Assembly (NCBI GenBank): GCA_017407125.1
Contig: JAFQXE010000025.1
Span: 92,591-156,590, forward strand
DNA length: 64,000 bases
DNA from: Thermoguttaceae bacterium
Lineage (GTDB): Bacteria > Planctomycetota > Planctomycetia > Pirellulales > Thermoguttaceae
Reading direction: 5' to 3'
Shown here one piece after another: positions 44,143 to 54,057 of the stretch (position 1 is the first letter of the stretch; every line of letters begins with the position of its first letter). A program made the translations under genes and the position numbers. The notes below the pieces were generated by a model, which saw nothing but the letters and a program-made list of their open reading frames with translations, had not been told where the DNA came from and made no database searches.

Positions 44143-45480
44143 ATGTACATCCCATACACTCATTCAGACGAACAGAAGATGCTCGAAGCGATTGGCGTTT
44201 CGAGCGTAGAAGAACTCTTTGCTCATATTCCGGAGGCGGACAAACTTCATCGACCGCTCGACCTGCCGGAAGGCATGACGGAAATGGAAGCGGACGCGGA
44301 CATTCACCGCTTGGCAGCGAAAAACGTCGGGGCGTCGAAGGCGACCTGTTTCCTCGGGGCGGGCTGTTACGATCACTTTATTCCCGCCGTGGTCGATTTC
44401 GTCGCCAGCAGAAGCGAGTTCCTCACGTCTTATACGCCGTATCAGGCGGAAGTCGCTCAGGGTAACCTGCAAGTCATTTTTGAATACCAGACGATGGTCT
44501 GCGACCTGACCGGCATGGACGTTTCCAACGCGGGCATGTACGACGGCGGAACTGCTTTTACAGAAGCGGCTCTGCTAACCGCGGCGGGAAACCCCAAGGC
44601 GAAAACGCTCGTCGTGGCTGGCACGATTCACCCGGAATACATGGAAATTCTCAAGACGTACACGTCTGGACTGGATTTGACGCTGGACGTTGTCGGTTGC
44701 AAAGACGGCGCTATTGACATGGACGAACTGAAAAGCAAAGTCGTCTCCGGCGTCGCCGCCGTTCTGGTTGCCAGCCCCAACTTCTTCGGGATTCTGGAAG
44801 ACGTCCCTGCCATTGCAGAACTGGCTCACGCTGTTGGCGCGGCGTTGGTCGTTGCGACTGAACCGACGTCTTTGGGATTGCTTAAACGTCCTGGCGACAT
44901 GGGCGCGGACGTTGTAACATGCGACGGTCAGCCGCTGGGCAACCCGATGTCGTACGGCGGCCCCCACTTGGGAATTCTTGCCGTTAGAGAGAAGTACTTG
45001 CGCCGCATGCCGGGTCGACTTGTTGGTCAAACGACAGACCGCAACGGAAACCGCTGCTGGGTTTTAACGCTCCAGACGCGTGAACAGCACATTCGCCGCG
45101 AAAAGGCGACGTCCAACATCTGCTCCAACCAGGCCCTTATGACGCTTCGCACGACGGTTTATCTGTCCCTGTTGGGACCGGAAGGACTGAAAGAACTCAG
45201 TACTCAAATCGCCTCCAAGGCAGACTACGCGGCAAAGAAACTCGCTGCTGTCGACGGTTTGGAACTGCGCTTCCCGACCCAGCCGTTCTTCCAGGAATTT
45301 GTCGTTCGCGTCAAAGACGGCGACGTTCAGAAACGTCTTTCTGCCGCGCTGGACAAGGGCATTTTCGCCGGCGTCGATTTAGGGCGATGGTTCCCGGAAC
45401 TGTCCGACTGCTTCATGGTCGCCGTTACAGAAAAGCGTACCAAAGAAGAAATTGACGCTCTGGCTGACGCTTTAAAGTAG
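44143..45480 (+). CDS. gcvPA: glycine dehydrogenase (aminomethyl-transferring) subunit 1
   Basis: The typical N-terminus MYIPYTHSDEQKMLEAIGVSSVEELFAHIP and overall family pattern. The ORF-track start at 43975 adds 56 Arg-rich, non-protein-like residues. Confidence 0.9.
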   Translation: MYIPYTHSDEQKMLEAIGVSSVEELFAHIPEADKLHRPLDLPEGMTEMEADADIHRLAAKNVGASKATCFLGAGCYDHFIPAVVDFVASRSEFLTSYTPYQAEVAQGNLQVIFEYQTMVCDLTGMDVSNAGMYDGGTAFTEAALLTAAGNPKAKTLVVAGTIHPEYMEILKTYTSGLDLTLDVVGCKDGAIDMDELKSKVVSGVAAVLVASPNFFGILEDVPAIAELAHAVGAALVVATEPTSLGLLKRPGDMGADVVTCDGQPLGNPMSYGGPHLGILAVREKYLRRMPGRLVGQTTDRNGNRCWVLTLQTREQHIRREKATSNICSNQALMTLRTTVYLSLLGPEGLKELSTQIASKADYAAKKLAAVDGLELRFPTQPFFQEFVVRVKDGDVQKRLSAALDKGIFAGVDLGRWFPELSDCFMVAVTEKRTKEEIDALADALK

Positions 45481-45559
45481 CGATAAGACGTATTACAACC
45501 GCTCCCGTTGGTCGCTTTTTTTGCCCCCTACCTAAAGTTTTTTGGAAAGGGGAGTTTGA

Positions 45560-45666
45560 GGGGAAGAACCTTTTTTTCAAAAAAGGTTTTCCCCTCATAT
45601 TATTTACTTTGAAAAAACTTCTACAATAGGGAGCCAGCTTGCTGGCGACCGAAAGTTTTTTCAAAG
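45560..45666 (+). terminator. two large near-perfect palindromes downstream of gcvPA
   Basis: ggggaagaacctttttttcaaaaaaggttttcccc at 45560-45594. Perfect 14-bp arms ctttgaaaaaactt / aagttttttcaaag (45607-45620, 45653-45666) with an inner ccagc/gctgg stem. Confidence 0.5.
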
Positions 45667-45844
45667 TAGCTCTTTTTATCGCCATATTTCTTTGCTAAAA
45701 ATCCAAAAATTTTTTAAAAAACTTGAACTAATCTTCGATAAAAATGAATTTTATGCTATAATATATAGAAAAGCAATAATACAATAGTGTAATTGTTGCA
45801 ATATCTATCCGATTTTATTCCCCCATATATTTATACGAATCAAA

Positions 45845-48800
45845 ATGAAAGTTACACTCACAAACAAGGGCGCGGCATTGTTCGCCATGCTGGCGCTTGC
45901 AATCGCAGCGTTTGGATTTTTCGCGTCGACCGCTCAGGCGGAACCGGTTTTGTACGGATACTGGACGTTCGACTCCGACACGACTGAAGGCGGGATTATT
46001 AAAGAATCCTCCGGCTATCAGGCGGAAGGCGTTCACGATGGAACTCTGGTTGGCTCAGGGATTACATTCCAGCCTGTTGCTGATGAACCCGGCAACCATC
46101 TGACTTCCGGAAACTACATCTCCTTTACCTCTGATTCCTACGCGTATATCAATAATTCGAGAGAAGCTGACAGCAATTACAAAAACACCTTTGATCCTGC
46201 GGGAAAAACGTTTTCGATTTCCGCCTGGGTGAAGGGTCTGCCAGACGGCAACTGGGAACCGTACATTGCGAAAAACGGCGAAGGCGGATACGGCTGGCAG
46301 CTTCGACGACGCGAAACCGGCAACACGCCCACGTTTACGTATCGAATTTCCGGCGGCGACGACGACCCTGCTGTTAACATTCCTGGCGTTAACGCTGCGT
46401 TAGACGACGGCAATTGGCACAACCTCATTGCCGTTTACGGCGGAACGTATCGCGAACTGTACATGGACGGTCAGCTTGTTACGCGAATTGTCGATACTGC
46501 CACCTCGGCAGGCGGACAGGGGGAACATGTGGTCTTTAGCGGTCGATATACAGGCGGTAACTATACTGGTTTTGCCAACATTTCCATGGACGACGTCGCG
46601 TTTTATTCCGGTACGCTGCGTAACAATCAAATCACGTATCTTAACAACGGCGGAGATCCAACCAAACTGGTTGCGGCTGAAGCAAATACCATCAATATCA
46701 GCATGGCAACCGGCGGCAACTGCGACAAAAATACAATCGTTAAGCGCTCTGGTAAAACCACCCATACGTGGCTCGACGGCGAAACGACTTTCTACGGTTC
46801 TGCCGGATATTTGACAACCAACCTTCCTGTTGGTTCTGCCGGGCTTAACGGGTCGTTTACCGTTTCTGCCTGGATAAATATGGACGACATTAATGGCGAC
46901 CAGGCAATTATGGGCAATACTACATGGGGAACGAACAATCAGTCGTTACATCTTGTAGTCGCTAACGGCAAGCCGGTATTGGGCTTGTATAACAATGACT
47001 TAACAGCCAATCAAACCCTTGAACCGAATCAATGGTATTATCTTACATTCCAGTATGATGCAGACGCTCAGACTCAGAGAATCTTCCTTAATGGAGAGCA
47101 AATCGCAGAGCGTACAGGCGCAGCAGCGTTTGCTGGCGGCAAGACGTTGGAAATCGGCAGAATGAAAGAAACCGGCAACTCCTATTTCAGAGGGAGAATG
47201 AAGGACATTGCTATTACAGACGCAGCGTTGTCAGCCTCGGAAATTCAATCCATGATGAACGCCGATCGCGGTTCAATTCGCGTAGAAGACTTTTCGTTGG
47301 GTAAAAACACCGACGAATGGTACTCCGGCGGCGGGTCAACGGTTGGCGTTCTTTATGAATATCAGGGTAAAAACTGCTTACATACCTATTATGGCTCCAG
47401 CCAGGACGGAACAGCGTCTAATCTTTACGGTCAAGGAAACAGCGATGCCAATACAACAGTTCTGTGGGGACCTCAATTTACGGTTGCTGATAATCTGCCA
47501 GACGACGCGGCAATTACGTTTTCTGTCGCTGGATGCGCGAACGCGCTCAATCCCGACAGCCGATCTGCCGGCAACGCGGGCGTATCTTTGTGGGATTTGA
47601 CAACTGGCGACTATGTTCGAGACAGCAATGGAAAAGCTCTTTCTGCTAACGGAAGCGGCGCTGCAGCCTGGTTAGACGGGTCGTTCTCTCTCAAAGGGCT
47701 GGAAGGACACAACCTGATGATTATCGCAGCAGACCGTTCCACCAGCGGCTGGGGTTGGATTGCTCTTACCGACTTAACCGCAGACTTAACGCAAGTCAGT
47801 CCGATTGCCAATGCGGCGCAGCATCATCTTGTTCTTAACGACTTCAACTTCGACAAAGCCGGCGATTTCAACGGCTTGTACGAAATCGACAGCGAAGGGA
47901 ATAAGCTCAATACAGTTACCAATTTTCAAAACGGATATTTAGGCGCGAATACGAGAATTAATTACTACGTTGATGAATCCGGTTTAGCGGCGGGAAAAGG
48001 ATTCCTCAGTTCTTCGGATTCCAGTGGCAGCGAGACGGCTACTGGTCGTTTGCGTTCGGACGCATTCCTTGTTCAAGGCGACATTTTAGAATTTCTCATT
48101 TCCGGCGGCAGCGCTGATTTGCATTTCGATTTAATTGACGCTGATAGCGGAGAAGTTTACTTCACCACAACTGGCGAGAACGTCAACGCATTCCGCTATG
48201 ATTTTTGGAACTTGAAAGACATTCAAGACAAGTCTGTTTATATTCAGGTAACAGACGCCAAAACCGCCAGCTGGGCGCACATGGAACTTGACCAGATTCG
48301 TCAAATCAAATTCGCCCCGACCGAAGCCGACGTTGCCGCCAGCGAAAACGTGATTAAATCCGAGAACTTGGAATACAACAACGGTCTGCCGGGCTTGAAT
48401 ATGGAAGCGTATAAGCTTGAAGGAACCGGCATCGACTCCCTGGATGCGTTAGCCAACTATATCACCGGCGGAGCAGAACCGGACGATCAGTTTTATCGAT
48501 TCAACTTAAACAACTTTAAAGCCTCCAGCGAGAACGTTGGCGTTGACGTCTTCTCAACGTTGAACGTCGATTCTGCCGGACAGTACACGCTGGCGGTTGC
48601 TAACGACGAACCGTTCAGAATTATGCTTAACGGCGAGACGGTCTTTGAATCCGAAGGTTCAGATGACCTGGAATTCATTCCGCTGACGTTAAGCGAAACA
48701 GGTCAGTACGCTCTGGAAATGTTTTATCTGGACGAATCCGGCGAAGGCGTTTCCCTTTTTATGGCAGAAGGCGCGTTTGATGCTTGGAACAGCTCTTTCG

Positions 48801-48943
48801 GATTGCTTTCCGGCTTTGGCGCGGGATATTTAACCAGCTACGCCGACTACTTTGTTGGCAGTAACGAAGTTCCGGAACCGTCCACATGGGCTTTGTTGAT
48901 TCTCGGCGCGGTTGGAATGCTGTACTTCCGCAAACGAAAGTAA
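45845..48943 (+). CDS. LamG/concanavalin-like multidomain surface protein with a PEP-CTERM anchor
   Basis: Signal peptide. Two LamG_3-like blocks (FSISAWVKG..GNWHNLIAVYGG..LYMDGQLV, and FTVSAWINMD..WYYLTFQYD..IFLNGEQI). C-terminal VPEPSTWALLILGAVGMLYFRKRK. Confidence 0.85.
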   Translation: MKVTLTNKGAALFAMLALAIAAFGFFASTAQAEPVLYGYWTFDSDTTEGGIIKESSGYQAEGVHDGTLVGSGITFQPVADEPGNHLTSGNYISFTSDSYAYINNSREADSNYKNTFDPAGKTFSISAWVKGLPDGNWEPYIAKNGEGGYGWQLRRRETGNTPTFTYRISGGDDDPAVNIPGVNAALDDGNWHNLIAVYGGTYRELYMDGQLVTRIVDTATSAGGQGEHVVFSGRYTGGNYTGFANISMDDVAFYSGTLRNNQITYLNNGGDPTKLVAAEANTINISMATGGNCDKNTIVKRSGKTTHTWLDGETTFYGSAGYLTTNLPVGSAGLNGSFTVSAWINMDDINGDQAIMGNTTWGTNNQSLHLVVANGKPVLGLYNNDLTANQTLEPNQWYYLTFQYDADAQTQRIFLNGEQIAERTGAAAFAGGKTLEIGRMKETGNSYFRGRMKDIAITDAALSASEIQSMMNADRGSIRVEDFSLGKNTDEWYSGGGSTVGVLYEYQGKNCLHTYYGSSQDGTASNLYGQGNSDANTTVLWGPQFTVADNLPDDAAITFSVAGCANALNPDSRSAGNAGVSLWDLTTGDYVRDSNGKALSANGSGAAAWLDGSFSLKGLEGHNLMIIAADRSTSGWGWIALTDLTADLTQVSPIANAAQHHLVLNDFNFDKAGDFNGLYEIDSEGNKLNTVTNFQNGYLGANTRINYYVDESGLAAGKGFLSSSDSSGSETATGRLRSDAFLVQGDILEFLISGGSADLHFDLIDADSGEVYFTTTGENVNAFRYDFWNLKDIQDKSVYIQVTDAKTASWAHMELDQIRQIKFAPTEADVAASENVIKSENLEYNNGLPGLNMEAYKLEGTGIDSLDALANYITGGAEPDDQFYRFNLNNFKASSENVGVDVFSTLNVDSAGQYTLAVANDEPFRIMLNGETVFESEGSDDLEFIPLTLSETGQYALEMFYLDESGEGVSLFMAEGAFDAWNSSFGLLSGFGAGYLTSYADYFVGSNEVPEPSTWALLILGAVGMLYFRKRK

Positions 48944-48967
48944 ACGATTGTTACGCTTAAGATTTTA

Positions 48968-48997
48968 TGTAGCGCGACGGCAAGCTGTCGCGCTACA
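48968..48997 (+). terminator. hairpin terminator after the PEP-CTERM gene
   Basis: Perfect 11-bp arms tgtagcgcgac / gtcgcgctaca with a weak T tail. Confidence 0.5.
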
Positions 48998-49013
48998 AAC
49001 TTTTCTTGCTATT

Positions 49014-49046
49014 CTCTTGACAAAACGCTCTGTTCTGGTTTAATAT
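49014..49046 (+). promoter_or_regulatory. promoter candidate CTC-TTGACA-N17/18-TAATAT
   Basis: TTGACA at 49017-49022 and ttaatat at 49040-49046, about 65 nt upstream of the ATG at 49112. Confidence 0.4.
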
Positions 49047-49111
49047 ATTAATGCGATATTTTAATTATCGCCATGTAATTTCTTGAAACAGACTAAACAA
49101 GGAAAACGACG

Positions 49112-52100
49112 ATGTCAACTCGCCAGTTCGCGATTACCGTATTCCATTTGATTATATTCGTTTTAACGCCTCTGGCTGTCTTTGCGGACGAACCCGCGGG
49201 AGAGATGGATGAACTGCCGCCCGTTCCGACGTTTACGGTTCCTCCTGAATCAAAGGACGAGACGAAGGTTCAGAGCGAAAAGGTTGCTGATAAACCCGCT
49301 GACGTCGCTCCCGTTGAAAATTGGGATGAACTGCCGCCCATTCCAACATATACTCCTCAATCCAAGCCAAAAGAGGAGACGAAGGAACAGAGCAAAGAAT
49401 CCGACGAAAAACCGGATAATAAAAGAAATCGATTGATGAAAGAAGCGAAGTCCGGCAATGCGGAAGCGGCTTTGGAGTTGGCGAAGGAAGCGGAAAACAG
49501 TAATTTCAAAGAGACGGCGGAACCATGGCTCAAAATCGCGGCAGAGGCGGGGTCGGCAGAAGCCTGGTATAAGCTGGGACTCAAAGCAATCGAGAAAGAC
49601 GACGACAAGACCGCATTTGAGTGTTTGAAAAAGTCGGCGGATGCTGGATATGAAGACGCTAAAATCTACCTGGCGTTTGGATATATCGAAGGGCGAGGAA
49701 CGAAAAAAGACGTCGAGAAGGGCAAGACGCTATTGCTGTCTGTCGCCGATTCCGGGAACGTTACAGCAATTCGAAAACTCGCTAACGCCTATCGTCTGGG
49801 AATAGGTTTTGAAAAGGACGAGCAGAAAGCTCTGGAATTGTTGACTCAATTATATCAAAATGCAAAAGACGACTCTGCGAGAGTTATGATTGCGGCAAAC
49901 CTGTTGGGAATGAATGACAAAGACGGATTAAAACGAGCAGACGAATTGTTGGACAATCTCGATTTATCGTCGATAGAAAACAGCGAAAATGCGCTATCGT
50001 TATTATCCGTTTCTCTTTTAGAGCGCTTTTCCAAAAATACGGATGACGATAAAGCGATCGCTCAAAAACGCTTTTTCCGTCTGATGGACATACTTCTTGA
50101 CGCTGGCAATTGGGAGATTGATGAAGGGACGTTGTATGCTGTTATGAAAGTCTGTGAAGACAATGCAATCGTTCCCGATTCGGAAAAGACGCGGCTGTTT
50201 CAAGCGATGGATCAATTGGCAAGCCGCGGTAATCCTGTCGCCATGCTGTGTCTGTCTTATTTGTATACCAAAGGAATTGGAACGGAGAAAAATCGTTATA
50301 TGTTTGAATACTGGCTGGAAAAATCCGCCATCGCTGGATACGCGCCCGCTCAATTTTATGCGTTTTTTCTTCTAAGCAACGAAGAGCCTGGAATTAGTAA
50401 AAAGAGAATCGATTATTTAAAACTCGCCGGCGAAGCCCAATTCCCCAATGCGAGATACTTACAGTTAATTGGCGGTCTGCGCAGTCATGCGGAATCGTCA
50501 GAGGATATTGAAAAAAAGAAACTTGCTTTAGTAGAGTCTGAAGGAGTAATTGAGCAGTATTTAAAGGACAGGAAAGAGAATAACCATTCAGAAAAAGACG
50601 CCAACGACGCGGCTCTGCCTGTTTCTGACGAGTATCTCAAATGGGGACGGGGACGTATTATTATGGATTATTCCAAAATTCGCGGTAAAGAACTCAAAAG
50701 TTCAAGCTGCATTGATGCGTATAATCCGGATAACATGATAAGCGATCTGTGGCAGTATGATCGCTATGTTAATATTGGCGATTTGATTTTCGCGGTCGCT
50801 TGCTGTTATAAAGACGAGACCGCGGGCTGTTCGTTTGACAATCAGAAAGTTCGAGAGCTTCTTTTGCTGGCAATGGAACATGGAAACCAGCGCGCGTGGA
50901 GCTCTCTAATAGAAGACTATTGGATGTCCGACGAAGATGAAAAAGCGTTTGAAGAGCTTAAAAAAGCGATGGACGACAATATCCCCTGGGCATATTTAGT
51001 ACAATTCAAATATACGTGTTACAACCCCGATGGAACGGAGAACTTCGATCAGGCGTTTCCGTATCTTCAAAAAGCGGTAGAACTCAACGCGGGAAGAGCC
51101 AATAAATATCTTGGATTGTGTTACGTTTTAGGCAAAGGCGTTCAACAGAATGTCAAAAAGGGCGTTGAGATTTTAGAAGATAATAAAGAGTATGTAATGT
51201 TAATGCTCTTATATGGAAAAGGACTGGGCGTTGAACAGGACGCAGGGAAGTCAAAGCGCTATTTTGCTCTGGAATTAGCAAGAAACGATATTACTAACGA
51301 CAGTAAAATTGTAATCGGCGAGATTGATGAAGCCAATTTTTGTTTTAGACGGTACAATTACGAGGAAGCGTTAATTTGCGCTGAGTTTTATTTGTATTTC
51401 AATAAATACTATCTTAAACGGATGGAAAAAGAAGGCGTTTTGCACACGGCAACGTATTGGGGATTATATCAAACAAATGAAAAATCCATGAGAGCAATTT
51501 TGCGTAACGCAGCAAAAGAGGGCGACGCTTTTGATATAGCAACGGCAGGCGGTATGCTGCTGACCAGAAGCAGCGATCGACAATTGAATCAGGAAGGACG
51601 GGAATTGCTTCGCAAAGCGGCGCAATCCGGTCAGACAATGGCGATGGTTGTTCTGGGGCTTCAATCAATCAAAGACGGGGCAAAAGAGGATGACAAAGTC
51701 AAAAAAGTGAAATTATTGGAAGATGGGAGACAATGGCTTAAACAGGCGGCTGACAAGGGGAACATGCTTGACTATTTGGATGTAACAGATATGCTTGTCA
51801 ATTCAGGAATGCCGGTTGATCTCGAAGAATACCATCGTTACCTGGATTTGGGCGTTGAACTCAACTATGCCCAGGCAGCGCTTCTGAAAATAAGTTTTTT
51901 GACACGCACTTCCAAGCCGGAAGATTCCGCTGAAGTTCATCAACAAGTTGAAAAACTCTTACAACAGGCAGCCGATTTAGGCAGTCCACTCGCCATTGAT
52001 TTGCTAAATAAATATAATAACTCTAAAAACCAGACGCCAAATGACGTTAGTCTCCGCTTTTCGGAAATTCTGAGTAAAGACCTTGATTTCAAAGGAAAGT

Positions 52101-52231
52101 ACGACAATCTTAAATCTAACCAGGGGCTAAAAAGCGATTTTGACCTCCCGCCCCTGGAAAAATATTCACCTGACCGTTACAACAATAAAAACAATAATAG
52201 TAATGACCTGATTCCCAAATTGAATTTTTAG
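49112..52231 (+). CDS. Sel1-repeat (TPR-like) secreted protein, 1039 aa
   Basis: Signal peptide, a duplicated DELPP(V/I)PT(F/Y)T.. acidic/Lys-rich module, then many Sel1-type repeats (AEAWYKLG.., AKIYLAFGYIEGRGTKKD.., AMLCLSYLYTKGIGTEKN..). Confidence 0.8.
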   Translation: MSTRQFAITVFHLIIFVLTPLAVFADEPAGEMDELPPVPTFTVPPESKDETKVQSEKVADKPADVAPVENWDELPPIPTYTPQSKPKEETKEQSKESDEKPDNKRNRLMKEAKSGNAEAALELAKEAENSNFKETAEPWLKIAAEAGSAEAWYKLGLKAIEKDDDKTAFECLKKSADAGYEDAKIYLAFGYIEGRGTKKDVEKGKTLLLSVADSGNVTAIRKLANAYRLGIGFEKDEQKALELLTQLYQNAKDDSARVMIAANLLGMNDKDGLKRADELLDNLDLSSIENSENALSLLSVSLLERFSKNTDDDKAIAQKRFFRLMDILLDAGNWEIDEGTLYAVMKVCEDNAIVPDSEKTRLFQAMDQLASRGNPVAMLCLSYLYTKGIGTEKNRYMFEYWLEKSAIAGYAPAQFYAFFLLSNEEPGISKKRIDYLKLAGEAQFPNARYLQLIGGLRSHAESSEDIEKKKLALVESEGVIEQYLKDRKENNHSEKDANDAALPVSDEYLKWGRGRIIMDYSKIRGKELKSSSCIDAYNPDNMISDLWQYDRYVNIGDLIFAVACCYKDETAGCSFDNQKVRELLLLAMEHGNQRAWSSLIEDYWMSDEDEKAFEELKKAMDDNIPWAYLVQFKYTCYNPDGTENFDQAFPYLQKAVELNAGRANKYLGLCYVLGKGVQQNVKKGVEILEDNKEYVMLMLLYGKGLGVEQDAGKSKRYFALELARNDITNDSKIVIGEIDEANFCFRRYNYEEALICAEFYLYFNKYYLKRMEKEGVLHTATYWGLYQTNEKSMRAILRNAAKEGDAFDIATAGGMLLTRSSDRQLNQEGRELLRKAAQSGQTMAMVVLGLQSIKDGAKEDDKVKKVKLLEDGRQWLKQAADKGNMLDYLDVTDMLVNSGMPVDLEEYHRYLDLGVELNYAQAALLKISFLTRTSKPEDSAEVHQQVEKLLQQAADLGSPLAIDLLNKYNNSKNQTPNDVSLRFSEILSKDLDFKGKYDNLKSNQGLKSDFDLPPLEKYSPDRYNNKNNNSNDLIPKLNF

Positions 52232-52295
52232 AAGATCGCTTGATATGGGAAACTAATTGAGAACGCAATTATAAGTTTCAATCACAATAAGAGAC

Positions 52296-52589
52296 ATGCT
52301 AGAACTCACTCAAACGCCTCAGGGCGTAATTCTGCTGGTAAAGGCGCAGCCGGGAGCGCGGAAGAACGAAGTCGCCGGCGAACGCAACGGGCGGCTGCTG
52401 GTCAAGTGTACGCAAGCCCCGGAAAAGGGCAAGGCGAACGACGCGATTATAGAAATCCTCGCCAAAGCGCTCGACGTTCGCAAGTCGAGAATCTCTCTCG
52501 TTTCCGGGCAGACGAACAGTGAAAAGAAATTTCTCATCGAAGACGCGACTATTGAAGAAATCGAGAAACAGTTAGAAACGAGCGAATGA
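52296..52589 (+). CDS. DUF167 (YggU-like) protein
   Basis: 97 aa with the family-typical pattern VKAQPGARKNEV..LLVKCTQAPEKGKANDAIIEILAKAL.V.KS.ISLVSGQTNSEKKFLI. Confidence 0.8.
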   Translation: MLELTQTPQGVILLVKAQPGARKNEVAGERNGRLLVKCTQAPEKGKANDAIIEILAKALDVRKSRISLVSGQTNSEKKFLIEDATIEEIEKQLETSE

Positions 52590-52603
52590 ACGGCGCTTTG
52601 CGT

Positions 52604-53989
52604 CTATTCTTCTATTTCCAGTCCGAGACGTTCGGCGGCGACGGTTTTCCACGGCCCGCTGGGCGTCAAGTCCCAGAATTTCTGCCAGTGAATCAGCGCC
52701 TCGTCGGAGCGTTCCTGTTCGTCTAAAAGCAGAGCAATATGATAATGCGCGTCGGCGTAGTCCGGGAACTGTTCCAGACATCCCTTGAAGGCGGATAACG
52801 CGGCGGAATTGTTTCCCTGACGTTTGAGCAAGCAGCCCAGGTTGAGTCGGGCTTCGAGGTTGTCGGAATCGTATTCCAGCGCGATGAGCAAACGTTCCTC
52901 TGCGGCGTCGAAACGTCCTAATTGAAACAGAATATCCGCCAAGACGACGTTGTCTTCCGATAATTGCTGTAACGAATCCGATCGATACGCCAGCAAAAGC
53001 AGCCGAGCGGCGGCAAGAGCGTTGTCCCAGTCTCCCGCCTGCTGTAATGCAGCGATGTCTTCTCGAATCGTCTGTTCAGATACCGGCAGCGGCGCGGAGT
53101 CGTCCATCAGAGCCATATCCAAAATGGCGGCGAAGTCCATCGGTTCCGGTTCAGAAGTTGTCTGTGACTCCGGTTGATCTACCAGTTCCCACGGAAAACC
53201 GACTGGCGCTGCATTCGGAGAATAAGCTGAATCCTGCTCGTTTGAAGATCCGTTTTGAACGCGAAGCTCATAATCAGGAGCGTCGTCTAAATCAAAATGA
53301 AATTGCCCGCGAGTGTCGACAAGGTCAGAGCCGATTCTAAACAGAGCTTTTTTCCCGGAAAGAAGAATGGAGAGCTGGTCTAAAGAATGAACGGCGGAAG
53401 GAATGTATTTTCCGAGCTGTTCGATTTTTTCTTTAATAAGGGCAGGGGAAACTCCCTTTTCCAACAAATGGGCCAATGAACGCGCACCATCTACTTCCCG
53501 AAGGTCGTAGTAAGGGAGTTTCTTAACCTGCCTGACCGGGTGAATGAGTCCCATGCGGCTCCACTGACGAATTGTCGCGACGGGGACGTCTAGCATGGAG
53601 GCCAGCATGGACGGCGTATACAATCTCGTTAAAGGGACTGGCGCGTTGGTCGAGGCGTCAGCTTGAACGGATTGCGAACCGTTATTTCGGGCGGCGTCAA
53701 ATTCGTATAAACGCTGCCATAGTTCGGTTTCGGAAATGACTTCCAGCTCGCCTCGGCTGAGCGCGTCTGCCATGTCGGGCGTAAGCCAGTTGTCTGTATC
53801 CAACAGCATGGAAAGATCGTCTGCCAGGACAATCAGATTGAGTTTGGCGTCCAGCTTTCGCGACACTTTCGCTCCGTACTTTCGAACCAGCTCGGAAACG
53901 TCGCGGCGCGACATCCCAAACAGACGACCGACGAAGGCGATTCGTTTGTTTTCCAGTTCTCCAGATTGATTGGGAGCAGAGCTTTCCAT
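52604..53989 (-). CDS. BRCT - MerR-type HTH - TPR fusion protein (putative transcriptional regulator)
   Basis: N-terminal BRCT-like IAFVGRLFGMSRRDVSELVRKYGAKVSRKLDAKLNLIVLADD. MerR-like HTH YTPSMLASMLDVPVATIRQWSRMGLIHP. C-terminal TPR-like repeats. Confidence 0.65.
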   Translation of the reverse strand: MESSAPNQSGELENKRIAFVGRLFGMSRRDVSELVRKYGAKVSRKLDAKLNLIVLADDLSMLLDTDNWLTPDMADALSRGELEVISETELWQRLYEFDAARNNGSQSVQADASTNAPVPLTRLYTPSMLASMLDVPVATIRQWSRMGLIHPVRQVKKLPYYDLREVDGARSLAHLLEKGVSPALIKEKIEQLGKYIPSAVHSLDQLSILLSGKKALFRIGSDLVDTRGQFHFDLDDAPDYELRVQNGSSNEQDSAYSPNAAPVGFPWELVDQPESQTTSEPEPMDFAAILDMALMDDSAPLPVSEQTIREDIAALQQAGDWDNALAAARLLLLAYRSDSLQQLSEDNVVLADILFQLGRFDAAEERLLIALEYDSDNLEARLNLGCLLKRQGNNSAALSAFKGCLEQFPDYADAHYHIALLLDEQERSDEALIHWQKFWDLTPSGPWKTVAAERLGLEIEE

Positions 53990-54057
53990 GACAATTCAGG
54001 CTTCTGCAAGTCGAGAAAAATTGTTACATCAAAATCTCTCGACCTGAACAGAACAAA

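Noticed and set aside
44081-45514. A 13-nt direct repeat, ctcccgttggtcg, flanking gcvPA (44081-44093 and 45502-45514), as possible target-site or att duplication.
   Set aside because: Exact 13-mer pairs are expected many times by chance in 64 kb (on the order of tens of pairs). There are no mobility genes and no composition change in between.
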